Source: a bacterium (lineage in GTDB: Bacteria; Latescibacterota; Latescibacteria; Latescibacterales; Latescibacteraceae). Taken from it: a DNA stretch of 25,040 nucleotides. The translations under genes were made by a program, and so were the position numbers. The number at the start of each line of letters is the position of its first letter. Position 1 is the first letter of the stretch. Below the pieces are notes generated by a model. The model saw only the letters and a list, made by a program, of their open reading frames with translations, made no database searches and was not told the origin of the DNA. The DNA lies in the NCBI GenBank assembly GCA_021372535.1, contig JAJFUH010000146.1, positions 1 through 25,040 of the forward strand. The letters run 5' to 3'. Below, piece by piece: positions 7,918 through 17,620 of this stretch.

Positions 7918-8634
7918 ATGGCAGATAATGCTCGGATACATCCCCCGCTCGGCACTACCGAGCGGATTGAATTGACCATCTCCTACGGACTCAAGATTCT
8001 TGTCCTCGGAACGATTATCCTGAGCGTGAGAAGATTCAACCTGTTTCTTATTACTTCCGCTGCCGTAATTCTTTTTTTCAGCGCACTCCCTGCGATGATC
8101 GAACACAGATTCAGGATAACATTACCGGTCGAGGTCGATCTTGCGGTAACGGCGTTTATTTTTCTCCATTTTATCCTCGGGGAAGTACGGGATTATTACA
8201 ACCGTTTCTGGTGGTTCGATTTGCCGCTTCACATATCCTCGGGCATCATGATCGGTCTCGTCGGCTTTGTCATCATCTATTTTTTCCTCTATACGAACCG
8301 TATCAGGGCTAATCCTCTTATGGTGTCCGTTTTCAGCGTCTCTTTTTCACTTGCCGCAGGCGCACTCTGGGAAATATTCGAATTTTTCATGGATTCCATC
8401 TTTGGATTCAACATGCAGAAAACCGGTCTCGTCGACACGATGACCGATCTGATCGTTGATTTTCTGGGAGCATGTGTCGTCGGTATTGCAGCATACCGTT
8501 ACCTGAAAAAAGGAGAGGGCGGCCCTTTAAAATCACTGGTCAACCGATTCATCCAATATAATGTCCGTCTCCGGATAAGAAGGCAGATAAGAAGAGTGAA
8601 GAAAAATGAATCAATGAATAATAAGTCAGCATAA
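7918..8634 (+). CDS. Hypothetical polytopic membrane protein (about 6 predicted TM segments, basic C-terminal tail). It lies 10 nt downstream of the flavodoxin gene and is probably co-transcribed with it.
   Basis: Hydrophobic segments are visible in the translation. I recognise no domain with certainty; a DUF2238/YjdF-like resemblance is only a guess. Confidence 0.65.
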   Translation: MADNARIHPPLGTTERIELTISYGLKILVLGTIILSVRRFNLFLITSAAVILFFSALPAMIEHRFRITLPVEVDLAVTAFIFLHFILGEVRDYYNRFWWFDLPLHISSGIMIGLVGFVIIYFFLYTNRIRANPLMVSVFSVSFSLAAGALWEIFEFFMDSIFGFNMQKTGLVDTMTDLIVDFLGACVVGIAAYRYLKKGEGGPLKSLVNRFIQYNVRLRIRRQIRRVKKNESMNNKSA

Positions 8635-8653
8635 TATCAATACTTATAAAATA

Positions 8654-10804
8654 TTATCGAAGAAGCATCATTCTCCCCGTTTTTACCGCAGAGTCAGTCG
8701 TAATCCTGTAGAAATAGATTCCCGATGCAGAAGTTTTACCGTTATCCGACCGCGAATCCCACATGACACTGCTTCTTCCGGCGGGGAATCGGCCCGATGC
8801 GAGTGTCCGGACCTTCTGGCCGTCAACAGCATATACCGTAACGGTGACTTCACCGGGGTCGGGAAGCACAAAATAAATTGTCGTGGAGGGATTGAACGGA
8901 TTGGGGTAGTTACCCGCCGTTATAAACGGTTCGGGTTTCCTGTTTTCCGCAACATGTTCCGGTGTGGGATAAAACTCATAGAGCCCGTAAAACTGTGATC
9001 GTTCATTGGTTGTGCTGTTGACATCGAAAGCATTGACCACATAACGTCCTTTACCGTCAGCCGCAAACCTGTCCGCAGCCCACGGCAGTTCCGGGATACT
9101 GTGCCAGGTGTCATCTTCGATATAACCGGTAGTTCCCAGACCCGAGGCCCATACCCTTTCCTCCTCATCAATCTCGACCATCCTCCCGCCGTTGAGGTAG
9201 GTAACATCTTTCCAGTCATCGTACTTGGTCCACCATGAAAGGTTATTTTTACGGGCACACCAGAGACGTCCGTCGCTGCCAATGGCAATATCCATGTCGT
9301 AAATCGTGTTGCTCGCGTGGCTCTCCCATACCTCTTCACGATCCTCGTCATACGAAACGATAGCGCCATAATTGGTCTGCATATAGAGTACACCGTCAGG
9401 ATCATAATTCATGTTGTAAAAGACCTTGAAGGGGTACAACCATTTAGGGTTGACCTTAAAATACACCGCAGGGTCCTTATATTCAATTAGACCGCCATAC
9501 GAAGCGATCCACATTGTCCCGCCCTCATCCCATGCAACATCGGCCACATTAACAGCTTTCAGGGTATCGATTGCAGCCCATGCTTTTCCGTTGAATACTT
9601 TCAATCCGTCATCCGTATGAGCGATAATCTCGTCATACGGCGAACGTTTCAGCAGATAGACATTGTAGAGATAAAGATCACCGTCTGTATTGAAGCTGTG
9701 CCAGTCAGTGCCGTTCCAGACGCTGATCCCGCAGTTTTTTCTCTCATCGACCGGTATATCTCTCAATCCATGACCGCACATGAGTGTTCCATCTCCGGTG
9801 TACACCATGCATGTCACCGTATCGGATGCGAGATCGAGGTTGTTTTTCACCTCGACCCATTCCGCGCCGGAATAAGTGAAAACCCGGAATGAATCAAAAA
9901 TCCAGACTTTACCGTCGGAATCTTCGGTCAGGAAATTCTGCCGGTTCGTTATTCCCTTTACGATTGTGCGCGAAACCTGCCATTTCCCGGAATCATCGAG
10001 CCTGTACAGTACACTGTTTTTGTATCCCCATATTCTGCCCGAGCTGTCAAAAGTCAGAAACATGGGTCCTGCCCCACCATCACCGAATGTCCAGGAACCG
10101 TCACGGTAAATCCCATAGCGGCCGAGGTTGTTGACCCACACAGCGCCATCCGTGGCAACCTGCACGGTTAATTCATTGGTCTTTGCCGGCAAAATGGCTG
10201 CAATCTCTCCGGAACGGTCGGTCCATGTCCCGCCATCGAGAACGACAAGACCCATCGTGCTGCTTTCGGGATTGATCACAGTCGCCCATACTTTACCCGA
10301 AGCATCCACCGCAAGCGATCGTGTCCGCCCCGTCTTCAGTTTTTTAACCGCTGTGCCGTCGAAGGAATACACACCACCCAGGGTAATGTCATACATACCG
10401 AAGTAGACGATCCCGTTACGGTCAGCTGCTGCGATGATCGGATACCGTATCTCCTGCCCCGTGTACCGTGTTATTATCCCCTGATCGAGCACCAGAAGAT
10501 CGCCGTAATCCTCAAAGTAAAACCGCCCGTGTTCATCGCGGAAAAACGGTGTATGATCACGGAGGGTCTGATCACCATACGTGTATTTTTTCCAGCGTTC
10601 TCCATCGAAAGCATGGAGCGTATTCAGCGTGGAAACCCAGATTTTGCAGTCATTACCGGGGAAAATGGCGGTTATGTCATATTGAGGTGTCTGGCGCTCG
10701 TGATGAATCCATCTTCCTGCGGGAAGGTCTCCCCGGGCATGATGGGGAATGCATAAAAGCAGAACAGCAAGCGCTGAATAAAAATAACCGGTAGTTTTTT
10801 CCAT
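8654..10804 (-). CDS. T9SS-secreted beta-propeller protein. It has a signal peptide, repeated Trp-containing Reg_prop (two-component regulator propeller)-like blades (GKVWATV, GAVWVNN, GRIWGYK, GKVWIFD, GTMWIASYGG) and a C-terminal type-A T9SS sorting domain (NYPNPFNPSTTIYFVLP…VTVYAVDGQKVRTL…GIYFYRITTD…MMLLR).
   Basis: CTD and propeller motifs recognised in the translation. Codon 10816 in the track is TTG; ATG 10804 (MEKTTGYFYSALAVLLLC…) is the likelier start. Confidence 0.85.
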   Translation of the reverse strand: MEKTTGYFYSALAVLLLCIPHHARGDLPAGRWIHHERQTPQYDITAIFPGNDCKIWVSTLNTLHAFDGERWKKYTYGDQTLRDHTPFFRDEHGRFYFEDYGDLLVLDQGIITRYTGQEIRYPIIAAADRNGIVYFGMYDITLGGVYSFDGTAVKKLKTGRTRSLAVDASGKVWATVINPESSTMGLVVLDGGTWTDRSGEIAAILPAKTNELTVQVATDGAVWVNNLGRYGIYRDGSWTFGDGGAGPMFLTFDSSGRIWGYKNSVLYRLDDSGKWQVSRTIVKGITNRQNFLTEDSDGKVWIFDSFRVFTYSGAEWVEVKNNLDLASDTVTCMVYTGDGTLMCGHGLRDIPVDERKNCGISVWNGTDWHSFNTDGDLYLYNVYLLKRSPYDEIIAHTDDGLKVFNGKAWAAIDTLKAVNVADVAWDEGGTMWIASYGGLIEYKDPAVYFKVNPKWLYPFKVFYNMNYDPDGVLYMQTNYGAIVSYDEDREEVWESHASNTIYDMDIAIGSDGRLWCARKNNLSWWTKYDDWKDVTYLNGGRMVEIDEEERVWASGLGTTGYIEDDTWHSIPELPWAADRFAADGKGRYVVNAFDVNSTTNERSQFYGLYEFYPTPEHVAENRKPEPFITAGNYPNPFNPSTTIYFVLPDPGEVTVTVYAVDGQKVRTLASGRFPAGRSSVMWDSRSDNGKTSASGIYFYRITTDSAVKTGRMMLLR

Positions 10805-10816
10805 AAAAGATTTCAA

Positions 10817-10826
10817 ATCCGATCTA
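10817..10826. repeat. Left copy of the perfect 10-bp direct repeat ATCCGATCTA. Its partner lies at 12021..12030. Together they bracket AT-rich island 1.
   Basis: Exact match found by eye. The repeat lies immediately upstream of the propeller gene start. Confidence 0.5.
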
Positions 10827-10947
10827 TTTATAAAAATTGATAGGACAAGGATTTTTACAAATTATAAATAATTACACAAAGGAAATAATATAAACAGTTT
10901 CACACTTTGTCAAATGCTTTGCTTAATTAAAGCTATAGCCAGTAAAT

Positions 10948-11730
10948 TTATTTAATTTCAAGACTTTTTAAATACTTAAAAATATCTTCTGATTCAAGCT
11001 GACTATAAATTCTATTTGAAATATTATCATCAATGAAGTCCAAATAAAAATAATTTGTATCAGTAAAAGCGTCTTTTATATTTATGATAATTTGTGTTTT
11101 ATAATATATATTTTCTGGTATATCATTTTCTGATTGGACTTCTTTTATTGAATATCTAGCCCAATAATAAGTATCATAAAGTATTCCAATATCGTTTGTA
11201 TACAAATATAAAAAATGCAAGACAAACTCAGAATCTTTAGGAAATTGTATTATTGGATATTTCTCATCGAATATTTTTGTTTGATTATTTTTCAATTCAA
11301 TATTTTGATAAAAGTCAGGGAAAAGTATAGCTGACTTTAATTGTCTATTTCTTAATTTTTTATCTAAAAGAATATTTCTTAACATTGTATAACCGGCGGT
11401 TGAATCAGTCTGAATCACTGCACATAATCTTGCAGAATGATTACCCTCATTCTTAACCTCCAATTTTAATCTTAAAGAATCTATTTCAACAAAAAATTCT
11501 ATTATATGATTATCCGTTGTAATTGTTTTTTCAGGTAATATTTTAGGAATAAAAAACTCAATAAGTGGTTCCTTTTGGATAACTAGGTTTGGCTTGTATT
11601 CCATAGATCTTATTTGGAAATTCATTTTATTTATTTTAGCATTCTGTTTTACATTAGAATAATAACCAAATATTGATATTAATATAGCAATAATAGTAAA
11701 AAACCAATGAATAACTTTTTCTTTTTTCAT
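10948..11730 (-). CDS. Orphan hypothetical protein (~260 aa) with an N-terminal membrane anchor (MKKEKVIHWFFTIIAILISIFGYY) and an Asn/Ile/Lys/Tyr-rich body. It is encoded in a strongly AT-rich island.
   Basis: The ORF is open to 11898, but ATG 11730 has a GAGG RBS 7 nt upstream and begins the hydrophobic anchor. Composition differs sharply from neighbouring genes. No domain recognised. Confidence 0.6.
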   Translation of the reverse strand: MKKEKVIHWFFTIIAILISIFGYYSNVKQNAKINKMNFQIRSMEYKPNLVIQKEPLIEFFIPKILPEKTITTDNHIIEFFVEIDSLRLKLEVKNEGNHSARLCAVIQTDSTAGYTMLRNILLDKKLRNRQLKSAILFPDFYQNIELKNNQTKIFDEKYPIIQFPKDSEFVLHFLYLYTNDIGILYDTYYWARYSIKEVQSENDIPENIYYKTQIIINIKDAFTDTNYFYLDFIDDNISNRIYSQLESEDIFKYLKSLEIK

Positions 11731-12020
11731 TTTCAACCTCTGCATATACAATTTATGTAGATAATTGAAAATAATATTGTTAATAATGTATTTAAATCTC
11801 CAAATCAACCGCTTTGTTTTCTCTAGGTCAAGCACATAGATACCCGCCACATTGATTGAACTGTGATCGCAATACCTCTGCATTTCCCTAATACTCATTC
11901 CTTATTAAAACCCAAACGCGATTAATCTATCCTAATAACCATATATATTATCAATAAGTTATATATGATATGTTAAACTTATTCTCCTCTTAGTCTTCGC
12001 GTGAAATTTTTCCCCAAATG

Positions 12021-12030
12021 ATCCGATCTA
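12021..12030. repeat. Right copy of the 10-bp direct repeat ATCCGATCTA.
   Basis: Exact match to 10817..10826. Confidence 0.5.
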
Positions 12031-12082
12031 ACAATTACCGATAAACGGTTCATTATATTAGACGCGGGAAGCACCGTCTGGT

Positions 12083-13027
12083 TTATTCTTTCTTGCCGAT
12101 CGAATCGACGATTATGGCAAAAATGAGGACAATTCCCGTAACAAATTCCTGCCAGTACGAATCGACCGGCATGATATTGATCGCGGAATCGATAGTCGCC
12201 ATGAGCATGGCACCGAAAAAAGCGCCGAGAACAGTCCCCTTCCCGCCGGTCAGAGCGCATCCGCCGATTATCGCGGCGGTCACGACCTTGAATTCCATGC
12301 TGACGCCCGCGGTCAGCGAGCCGTTCCCCAGCCGCGCGCTGAGCAGTATTCCTGCTATCGCGGCAAGCGCGCCCGAAAGCATATAGTTCTGAATCTTTAT
12401 TTTTGCCACGGGGATACCGGAAAGAACCGCCGCGTTCTCATTTCCGCCGATATAATAGTTCTGCCGGAAATACCGCGATTTTCTGAGCATGAAATCTCCC
12501 CCGGCGACACACGCGAGACACACCCATATGGGAATCTGCACACCGGCGAGTGTCTCCTGCCCGATCCAGGTATATGCCTTGTTCATGATCGGGATGTTAT
12601 TTCCCCCGGAGATGATGGTTGCAAGCCCTCTGATAAAAATCATCATGCCGAGGGTCGTAATAAAGGGATTGATGCGGAGCTTCGCAATCATCAATCCGTT
12701 TCCGAACCCGATCAGCGTTCCGCAGAGAACCGCCACAACCATGGCGACGATCCATGGCTGTCCGGACTTGAGAACGAGCGCCGCCGTAACTCCGCTGAAT
12801 GTCACCACGGAGCCGACAGACAGATCGAATCCGCCGGATACGAGCAGCACGGTCATCCCGACAGCGATGACCGCAATCGATGACATGGCGAGCACGGTGG
12901 CTCTGAGAACGGCTGGATTGAGAAATTCCCGGGGATAAAAAATCGTCATTATCACCCAGAAACCGAGAAGAATGAAAAATATGCGCCGCTCCTGGAACCT
13001 TCCGATGAGACGAATAATTGCTTTCAT
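12083..13027 (-). CDS. Sugar ABC transporter permease of the CUT2/RbsC-like (BPD_transp_2) family.
   Basis: Polytopic membrane protein with the typical RbsC-like conserved region (…GGFDLSVGSV…GIPVAKIKI…). Its start overlaps the ATPase stop by 4 nt (ATGA), indicating translational coupling. Confidence 0.85.
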   Translation of the reverse strand: MKAIIRLIGRFQERRIFFILLGFWVIMTIFYPREFLNPAVLRATVLAMSSIAVIAVGMTVLLVSGGFDLSVGSVVTFSGVTAALVLKSGQPWIVAMVVAVLCGTLIGFGNGLMIAKLRINPFITTLGMMIFIRGLATIISGGNNIPIMNKAYTWIGQETLAGVQIPIWVCLACVAGGDFMLRKSRYFRQNYYIGGNENAAVLSGIPVAKIKIQNYMLSGALAAIAGILLSARLGNGSLTAGVSMEFKVVTAAIIGGCALTGGKGTVLGAFFGAMLMATIDSAINIMPVDSYWQEFVTGIVLIFAIIVDSIGKKE

Positions 13028-14550
13028 GCCACTGCTTCTCCCGCACCGAGCGCATATGATATGATAAGCTCTTCGGTGGCATCACGTTTATCGATCGTTT
13101 TTTGGATACAGCCGTCCCGCATCACGACGATACGGTCGGACATGCCGAGAATCTCGTTGAGATCGCTCGAAATGAGCATAATTCCCGCTCCCCGCGAGGC
13201 GAGATCGTAAATATGACGGTATATCTCCTCTTTCGCGCCGACATCCACACCCCGCGTCGGCTCGTCGACGATAAGCACGGCGGGATTGATGCCCATCCAC
13301 ATGCCGAGCAGCACTTTCTGCTGGTTTCCGCCCGAGAGATTATAAACTGACTGACCGACCGAGGGTGTCACAATATTCAACTGCCGTATTTTTTCCTCCG
13401 CATATGCATGAATCTCACGGTCGTTGACAATACCCAGCTGCGAGGTGAAACGCCTTATCGAGGGGCTCACGAGATTCGACTCGACCGGGAGCGACAGAAA
13501 CAGCCCAAGCAGTTTTCGGTCTTCGGTGAGATATCCGATACCGCGGCAGATCGCATCATTCACGGACTCGATCCGGACATCCTCACCGTTCAGTTTTATC
13601 CGGCCGCTGTCGGGCTTTTCGAGGCCGAAAACCGTCCGCGCAACCTCGGTTCTGCCCGCACCGACAAGCCCGGAAAAACCTACAATCTCACCGGCTTTCA
13701 CCGTAAAACTCACATCCTCGAATACACCGGCCAGGGTAAGACCGTTCACTTCGATCACCGTACGGGATTCCCCCCCATATGGCTGTCTGCCGCCGAACAT
13801 ATCACCGATACTGCGGCCTACCATCCGGCTGATAAGCTCATCCTCGGTGACCGAACCGATGTCACAGGTGCCCTGGTATATTCCGTCCCTGAGGACAGTT
13901 ACACGGTCGGCAATCTCGAATATTTCGGGAAGGTGATGTGAGATGAACACAAACGAAATGTTTTTATCCCTCAGTTTTCTGATGGTGCGGAAGAGGGCTT
14001 CCGTCTCGACGCCGGTCAGGGACGAGGTCGGCTCATCGAGGAGAATGACACGGGGATGAAGCGTAAGAGCTTTGAGGATTTCCACCACCTGACGTTTGCC
14101 GATGGTCAGCTCGCCTGCGGGGATTTCCGGATCGATGTCTTCCTCGAACAGTGCGATCATATCGGCAGCGCGGCGGTTGAGCTCTCCGCGCCGTATGAAT
14201 CCGAAACGGTTCACCGGCTGGATATTGGCAAAAATATTTTCAGCGACACTCAGGTTGGGAACGACGGACAGTTCCTGATAGACTACCCTGATTCCCTTGA
14301 GGTGGGCATCATGCGCGCTCCGGAACCGCACTTCTTCTCCATCGAGGAGTATACGGCCGGATGTGGGGGGATAGATGCCGCCGAGGATATGCATGAGCGT
14401 CGATTTGCCGGCGCCGTTTTCGCCCACGAGGGCATGCACCTCGCCGCGCCTTATATCGAATGATACCCCGTCCAGAGCTCTGACGCCGGGAAAGACCTTG
14501 GTAATACCATCAAGCCTCAGGATACTGTCGTCCGATTCTTTTCCGCCCAC
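13024..14550 (-). CDS. Sugar ABC transporter ATP-binding protein with two fused ABC domains (RbsA/MglA-like).
   Basis: Walker A GENGAGKST, signature LSGGNQQK and a second nucleotide-binding domain. GTG start 3 nt after the SBP stop, with a GAGG RBS. Confidence 0.9.
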   Translation of the reverse strand: MGGKESDDSILRLDGITKVFPGVRALDGVSFDIRRGEVHALVGENGAGKSTLMHILGGIYPPTSGRILLDGEEVRFRSAHDAHLKGIRVVYQELSVVPNLSVAENIFANIQPVNRFGFIRRGELNRRAADMIALFEEDIDPEIPAGELTIGKRQVVEILKALTLHPRVILLDEPTSSLTGVETEALFRTIRKLRDKNISFVFISHHLPEIFEIADRVTVLRDGIYQGTCDIGSVTEDELISRMVGRSIGDMFGGRQPYGGESRTVIEVNGLTLAGVFEDVSFTVKAGEIVGFSGLVGAGRTEVARTVFGLEKPDSGRIKLNGEDVRIESVNDAICRGIGYLTEDRKLLGLFLSLPVESNLVSPSIRRFTSQLGIVNDREIHAYAEEKIRQLNIVTPSVGQSVYNLSGGNQQKVLLGMWMGINPAVLIVDEPTRGVDVGAKEEIYRHIYDLASRGAGIMLISSDLNEILGMSDRIVVMRDGCIQKTIDKRDATEELIISYALGAGEAVA

Positions 14551-14553
14551 AGA

Positions 14554-15555
14554 TTACCTCATGAAATATTCGCAGTTGCTCCTGTCGACAAGAATCGTAC
14601 CGGTATCGATATAACGGGGCACTCCGCTTACCTCTGCGGCGGTATTGTCAGAGGAGACAGGAATATCATGATGGTTGAGCTGATAGAGTATCATAAGCCC
14701 GTAATAAGGCATGAGCGCGGTCTGCTGAACGATGGTCGCATCGATGACGCCGTCCCTGATATAGGTGAGGACATCGTTGTCACGGTCCATGGCGACAACT
14801 TTCACCTTACCGACCAGACCCGCTTCCTTGATAGCTGTTGCCGCCCCGGCGGGCCCGGCCGCCTCAACACAGCCGAAACCGGCGATATCGGGCACCGATG
14901 TAAGCACAGCCGATGCCGCCTGTGCGCTGAGAACCACATCGGACTTCGTATCCGCGACACGCACGATTTCCACTCCCGGAAATGTCGCCAGAGCGTCCTT
15001 GTATCCCTGAACCCTTTTTTCCAGGTTATCCTGCCCCACTTTTGTCAGAATCGCAACTTTCCCTTTGCCGCCGACAAGCTGGCCGAGTTTGAGCCCGCCC
15101 CTGTAACCGGCATCGTAATTACCCGTACCAACAAAGGCGATACGTTTCGAGTTGGGAAGGTCGGAATCGAGGGTCACTACGGGGATACCGGCATCGACCG
15201 CCTTGTTCACAGCATCGTTGAGGGATTCCTCGAATCCCACCACCATGATTCCGGCGGGTTTTCGTGCGACGGCAAGTTCTATCGCCTGTATCATGGCCTG
15301 CATGTTCCAGTCGGGCGGCCCCTTGTATTCGGTTTCGACTCCGAAATCCTCACCGGCGCGCTGCAATCCCATTTTATGATCGTAAAAGTACGAAACAGCG
15401 CTGAGAGCCGAAACCTCGATATACAAATCCTGACGCTTTCCTGCCGATTTATTCTCCCCCGTCTTATCGGCCGGCTGTTTCCCTGTTCCGCAGGACATGA
15501 TAAGGAGAACACTCAGACATAAAAGTATCCGGAGAGCTAACCGTGAAAATTTCAT
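14554..15555 (-). CDS. Sugar ABC transporter periplasmic substrate-binding lipoprotein (RbsB-like, type I PBP fold).
   Basis: Signal and lipobox (LLIMSCGTG), a PBP-like sequence, and position in the operon. GGGGGAGGA RBS upstream. Confidence 0.8.
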   Translation of the reverse strand: MKFSRLALRILLCLSVLLIMSCGTGKQPADKTGENKSAGKRQDLYIEVSALSAVSYFYDHKMGLQRAGEDFGVETEYKGPPDWNMQAMIQAIELAVARKPAGIMVVGFEESLNDAVNKAVDAGIPVVTLDSDLPNSKRIAFVGTGNYDAGYRGGLKLGQLVGGKGKVAILTKVGQDNLEKRVQGYKDALATFPGVEIVRVADTKSDVVLSAQAASAVLTSVPDIAGFGCVEAAGPAGAATAIKEAGLVGKVKVVAMDRDNDVLTYIRDGVIDATIVQQTALMPYYGLMILYQLNHHDIPVSSDNTAAEVSGVPRYIDTGTILVDRSNCEYFMR

Positions 15556-15588
15556 GCGTCACCATCCTCCCCCTTTACGGGGGATACG

Positions 15589-16917
15589 CTATTTGAACAT
15601 CAATTCGCCCAGAACACCCGGAACGGACTCTCCATACGGAAGAATCTGATACCGGATTCCACTGCCGAACGATAAAACTTTATCATACTCCTGATCGATA
15701 ATGACTTCGCTGAGGGGCGAAATCTCCTGAACGTTTTTATAGCCCTTCTGCTTCCCGTTTTTATCAAGATAGACAACCTGCAGATACCCGCCGTAAAAAA
15801 CACCGAATTTCCCCTTTACCATACCGTCTTCGACATGCAGTTCCTCAGCAACAACGCCATGGGAGACGACCTTCACAACTCCCGAACAGAAGCAGGCGCC
15901 CCAGGTTACATCGAGCGCGGAGGACTCTCCGGGAGCCAGCCGTGTGAGCGGCCCCATGACCTCGAGCTCCATATTGGCCGTATCGGGCGAATATTCGGTC
16001 TGAAAATCACGGTTATTGGCGCGATATGTCCCGGCGCCGTTCGTCCATATCTCAACATTGCTCCCGTTGTCGGGATACTCGATACCTTTTTTGACCGGAA
16101 ACATCATGACAAAGACGGCGTTGTTCTGCTCATCGTGCCATGCTACCCATCCCTCGCGGACTTTCAGGCCGATCTTGCCGACACGCTTGTCATACCGTGC
16201 CCGGAACATCCCTTTTTCCACGCCGAGCCACTGCGGATTGTCCTTGTCGCCAAAAATAACATGCCATCCATCCTTGTCGACCGGCGCATAGACGGTTACG
16301 GGCCTGTCCACGGGGACTGTGGCGAGATGCCAGATGCCCCATTTCACCGGACGCTGGACTACATTTTTCATGGTCATATGGAGGTCGAGCAGGGAACTTG
16401 TATTTTTAAAGGCATAGGTATTCGTGTACTGGAGCCCGGTTCTCCCCTCTCCCGTATCGGCGGGGCTTGTGACCGTTATGGATTTATCGTTCGCCGTGTA
16501 TTCGTACGGTGAACCGTCCAGCACGTTGTCCGGCGGTCCCGGCCACTCGTCTTTTCCGCTCCAGCCCTGGGGCGCGGGCCAGACTTTCGCTCCGCCGGGA
16601 TTGAAGAAGCTCTCGCCGAAGCCGTATCCCTCGGTTTTGTACAGCTCACCCTCGCGTTTGGGATCATGCCAGAGAATCTGGAATCCCCGTAGGTCGTAGC
16701 CCATAATTTTGCCGCCGAGTTCGGGAACGACATCGACCTGAGCAAATGTCGTCCGAAGCGTCGCCGATTTCCAGCCGTGGAATCCTTCCTGAGCGATAAC
16801 GATCTGCTTTCCTCCCGCCGGAGCTTTCTGCTCGCTCTTCTTATCGCCGGAACAGGAATACATGAGCACTACGAGTATAAGAATGGCTAATGACAGTAAT
16901 TGCTTTCTGCTGCGCAT
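15589..16917 (-). CDS. Unknown lipoprotein (~440 aa, signal and lipobox LMYSCSG) encoded as the first gene of the sugar ABC operon. Possibly an aldose-epimerase-fold or DUF4380-like carbohydrate-handling protein, but this is a guess.
   Basis: The ORF begins at 16923 in the track, but the GGTGAGG RBS favours the second ATG (16917, MRSRKQLL…). No firm domain assignment. Confidence 0.65.
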   Translation of the reverse strand: MRSRKQLLSLAILILVVLMYSCSGDKKSEQKAPAGGKQIVIAQEGFHGWKSATLRTTFAQVDVVPELGGKIMGYDLRGFQILWHDPKREGELYKTEGYGFGESFFNPGGAKVWPAPQGWSGKDEWPGPPDNVLDGSPYEYTANDKSITVTSPADTGEGRTGLQYTNTYAFKNTSSLLDLHMTMKNVVQRPVKWGIWHLATVPVDRPVTVYAPVDKDGWHVIFGDKDNPQWLGVEKGMFRARYDKRVGKIGLKVREGWVAWHDEQNNAVFVMMFPVKKGIEYPDNGSNVEIWTNGAGTYRANNRDFQTEYSPDTANMELEVMGPLTRLAPGESSALDVTWGACFCSGVVKVVSHGVVAEELHVEDGMVKGKFGVFYGGYLQVVYLDKNGKQKGYKNVQEISPLSEVIIDQEYDKVLSFGSGIRYQILPYGESVPGVLGELMFK

Positions 16918-17069
16918 AAACATACCTCACCTGTGAAAACAATGAATTATTATGGAAATTTTATTGCTTTTCCGGTGTTTCCGAGGTTTTCAATATAATT
17001 CTATTAGGGGGAGCATTCAAGATAAAATCGTGTCTTCATCAGATCAACTTGTAAAAATCAATAGTAATG

Positions 17070-17104
17070 CGGATTTACACGGATAGAGCGGATTAACGCG
17101 GATT
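17070..17104. promoter_or_regulatory. Array of four CGGAT(T/A) motifs phased 9-10 nt apart (gCGGATTtacaCGGATAgagCGGATTaacgCGGATTcg). It sits ~150-185 nt upstream of the sugar ABC operon start and is a candidate operator or regulator-binding array.
   Basis: Seen in the sequence. The helical phasing suggests protein binding on one DNA face. The first 17 nt also match a motif at 6892-6908. Confidence 0.3.
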
Positions 17105-17620
17105 CGTTTTTAAAAGTCTGAACAGTTGTGTCTGGTCAAAATATTGAGAAACTCTTGTATGAATTAGAACATAATAATTGCCAACTTTAATCATAGAAAC
17201 TCACCCCGCGCATAACACTTTGATAAAACGGATTTTAGCTGGCGCTTCACCTCTCTTGGAAAGAGAGGGGATCGATGGGTTAGTTCTGGTGGGGAATAGG
17301 AGTGACAATCATATTCAAAACAATCCACAAGCAGGTAAAAGCTCTATTTACATATTTTTCAAACTGTTATTACAATTTAACCGGAGAGTTCTGGTATTCT
17401 ATATTATTATCATTTTCGCTTCGAATAATGCGAGCTCGAGTAATAGTCTATATCTGGAGACTACTCATCCAAAAGACTTTATTAAGACACATAAATATGC
17501 ATATCTTCGTGACTAGGTATTAATAAAAGTGTTTTGTGTAATCGACGCCCTGTTCGATAAAAAAAACGAGTTATTATTTGTAGATCATTGAGAAATATTT
17601 TTTGCATTCTGTTCCCTATT

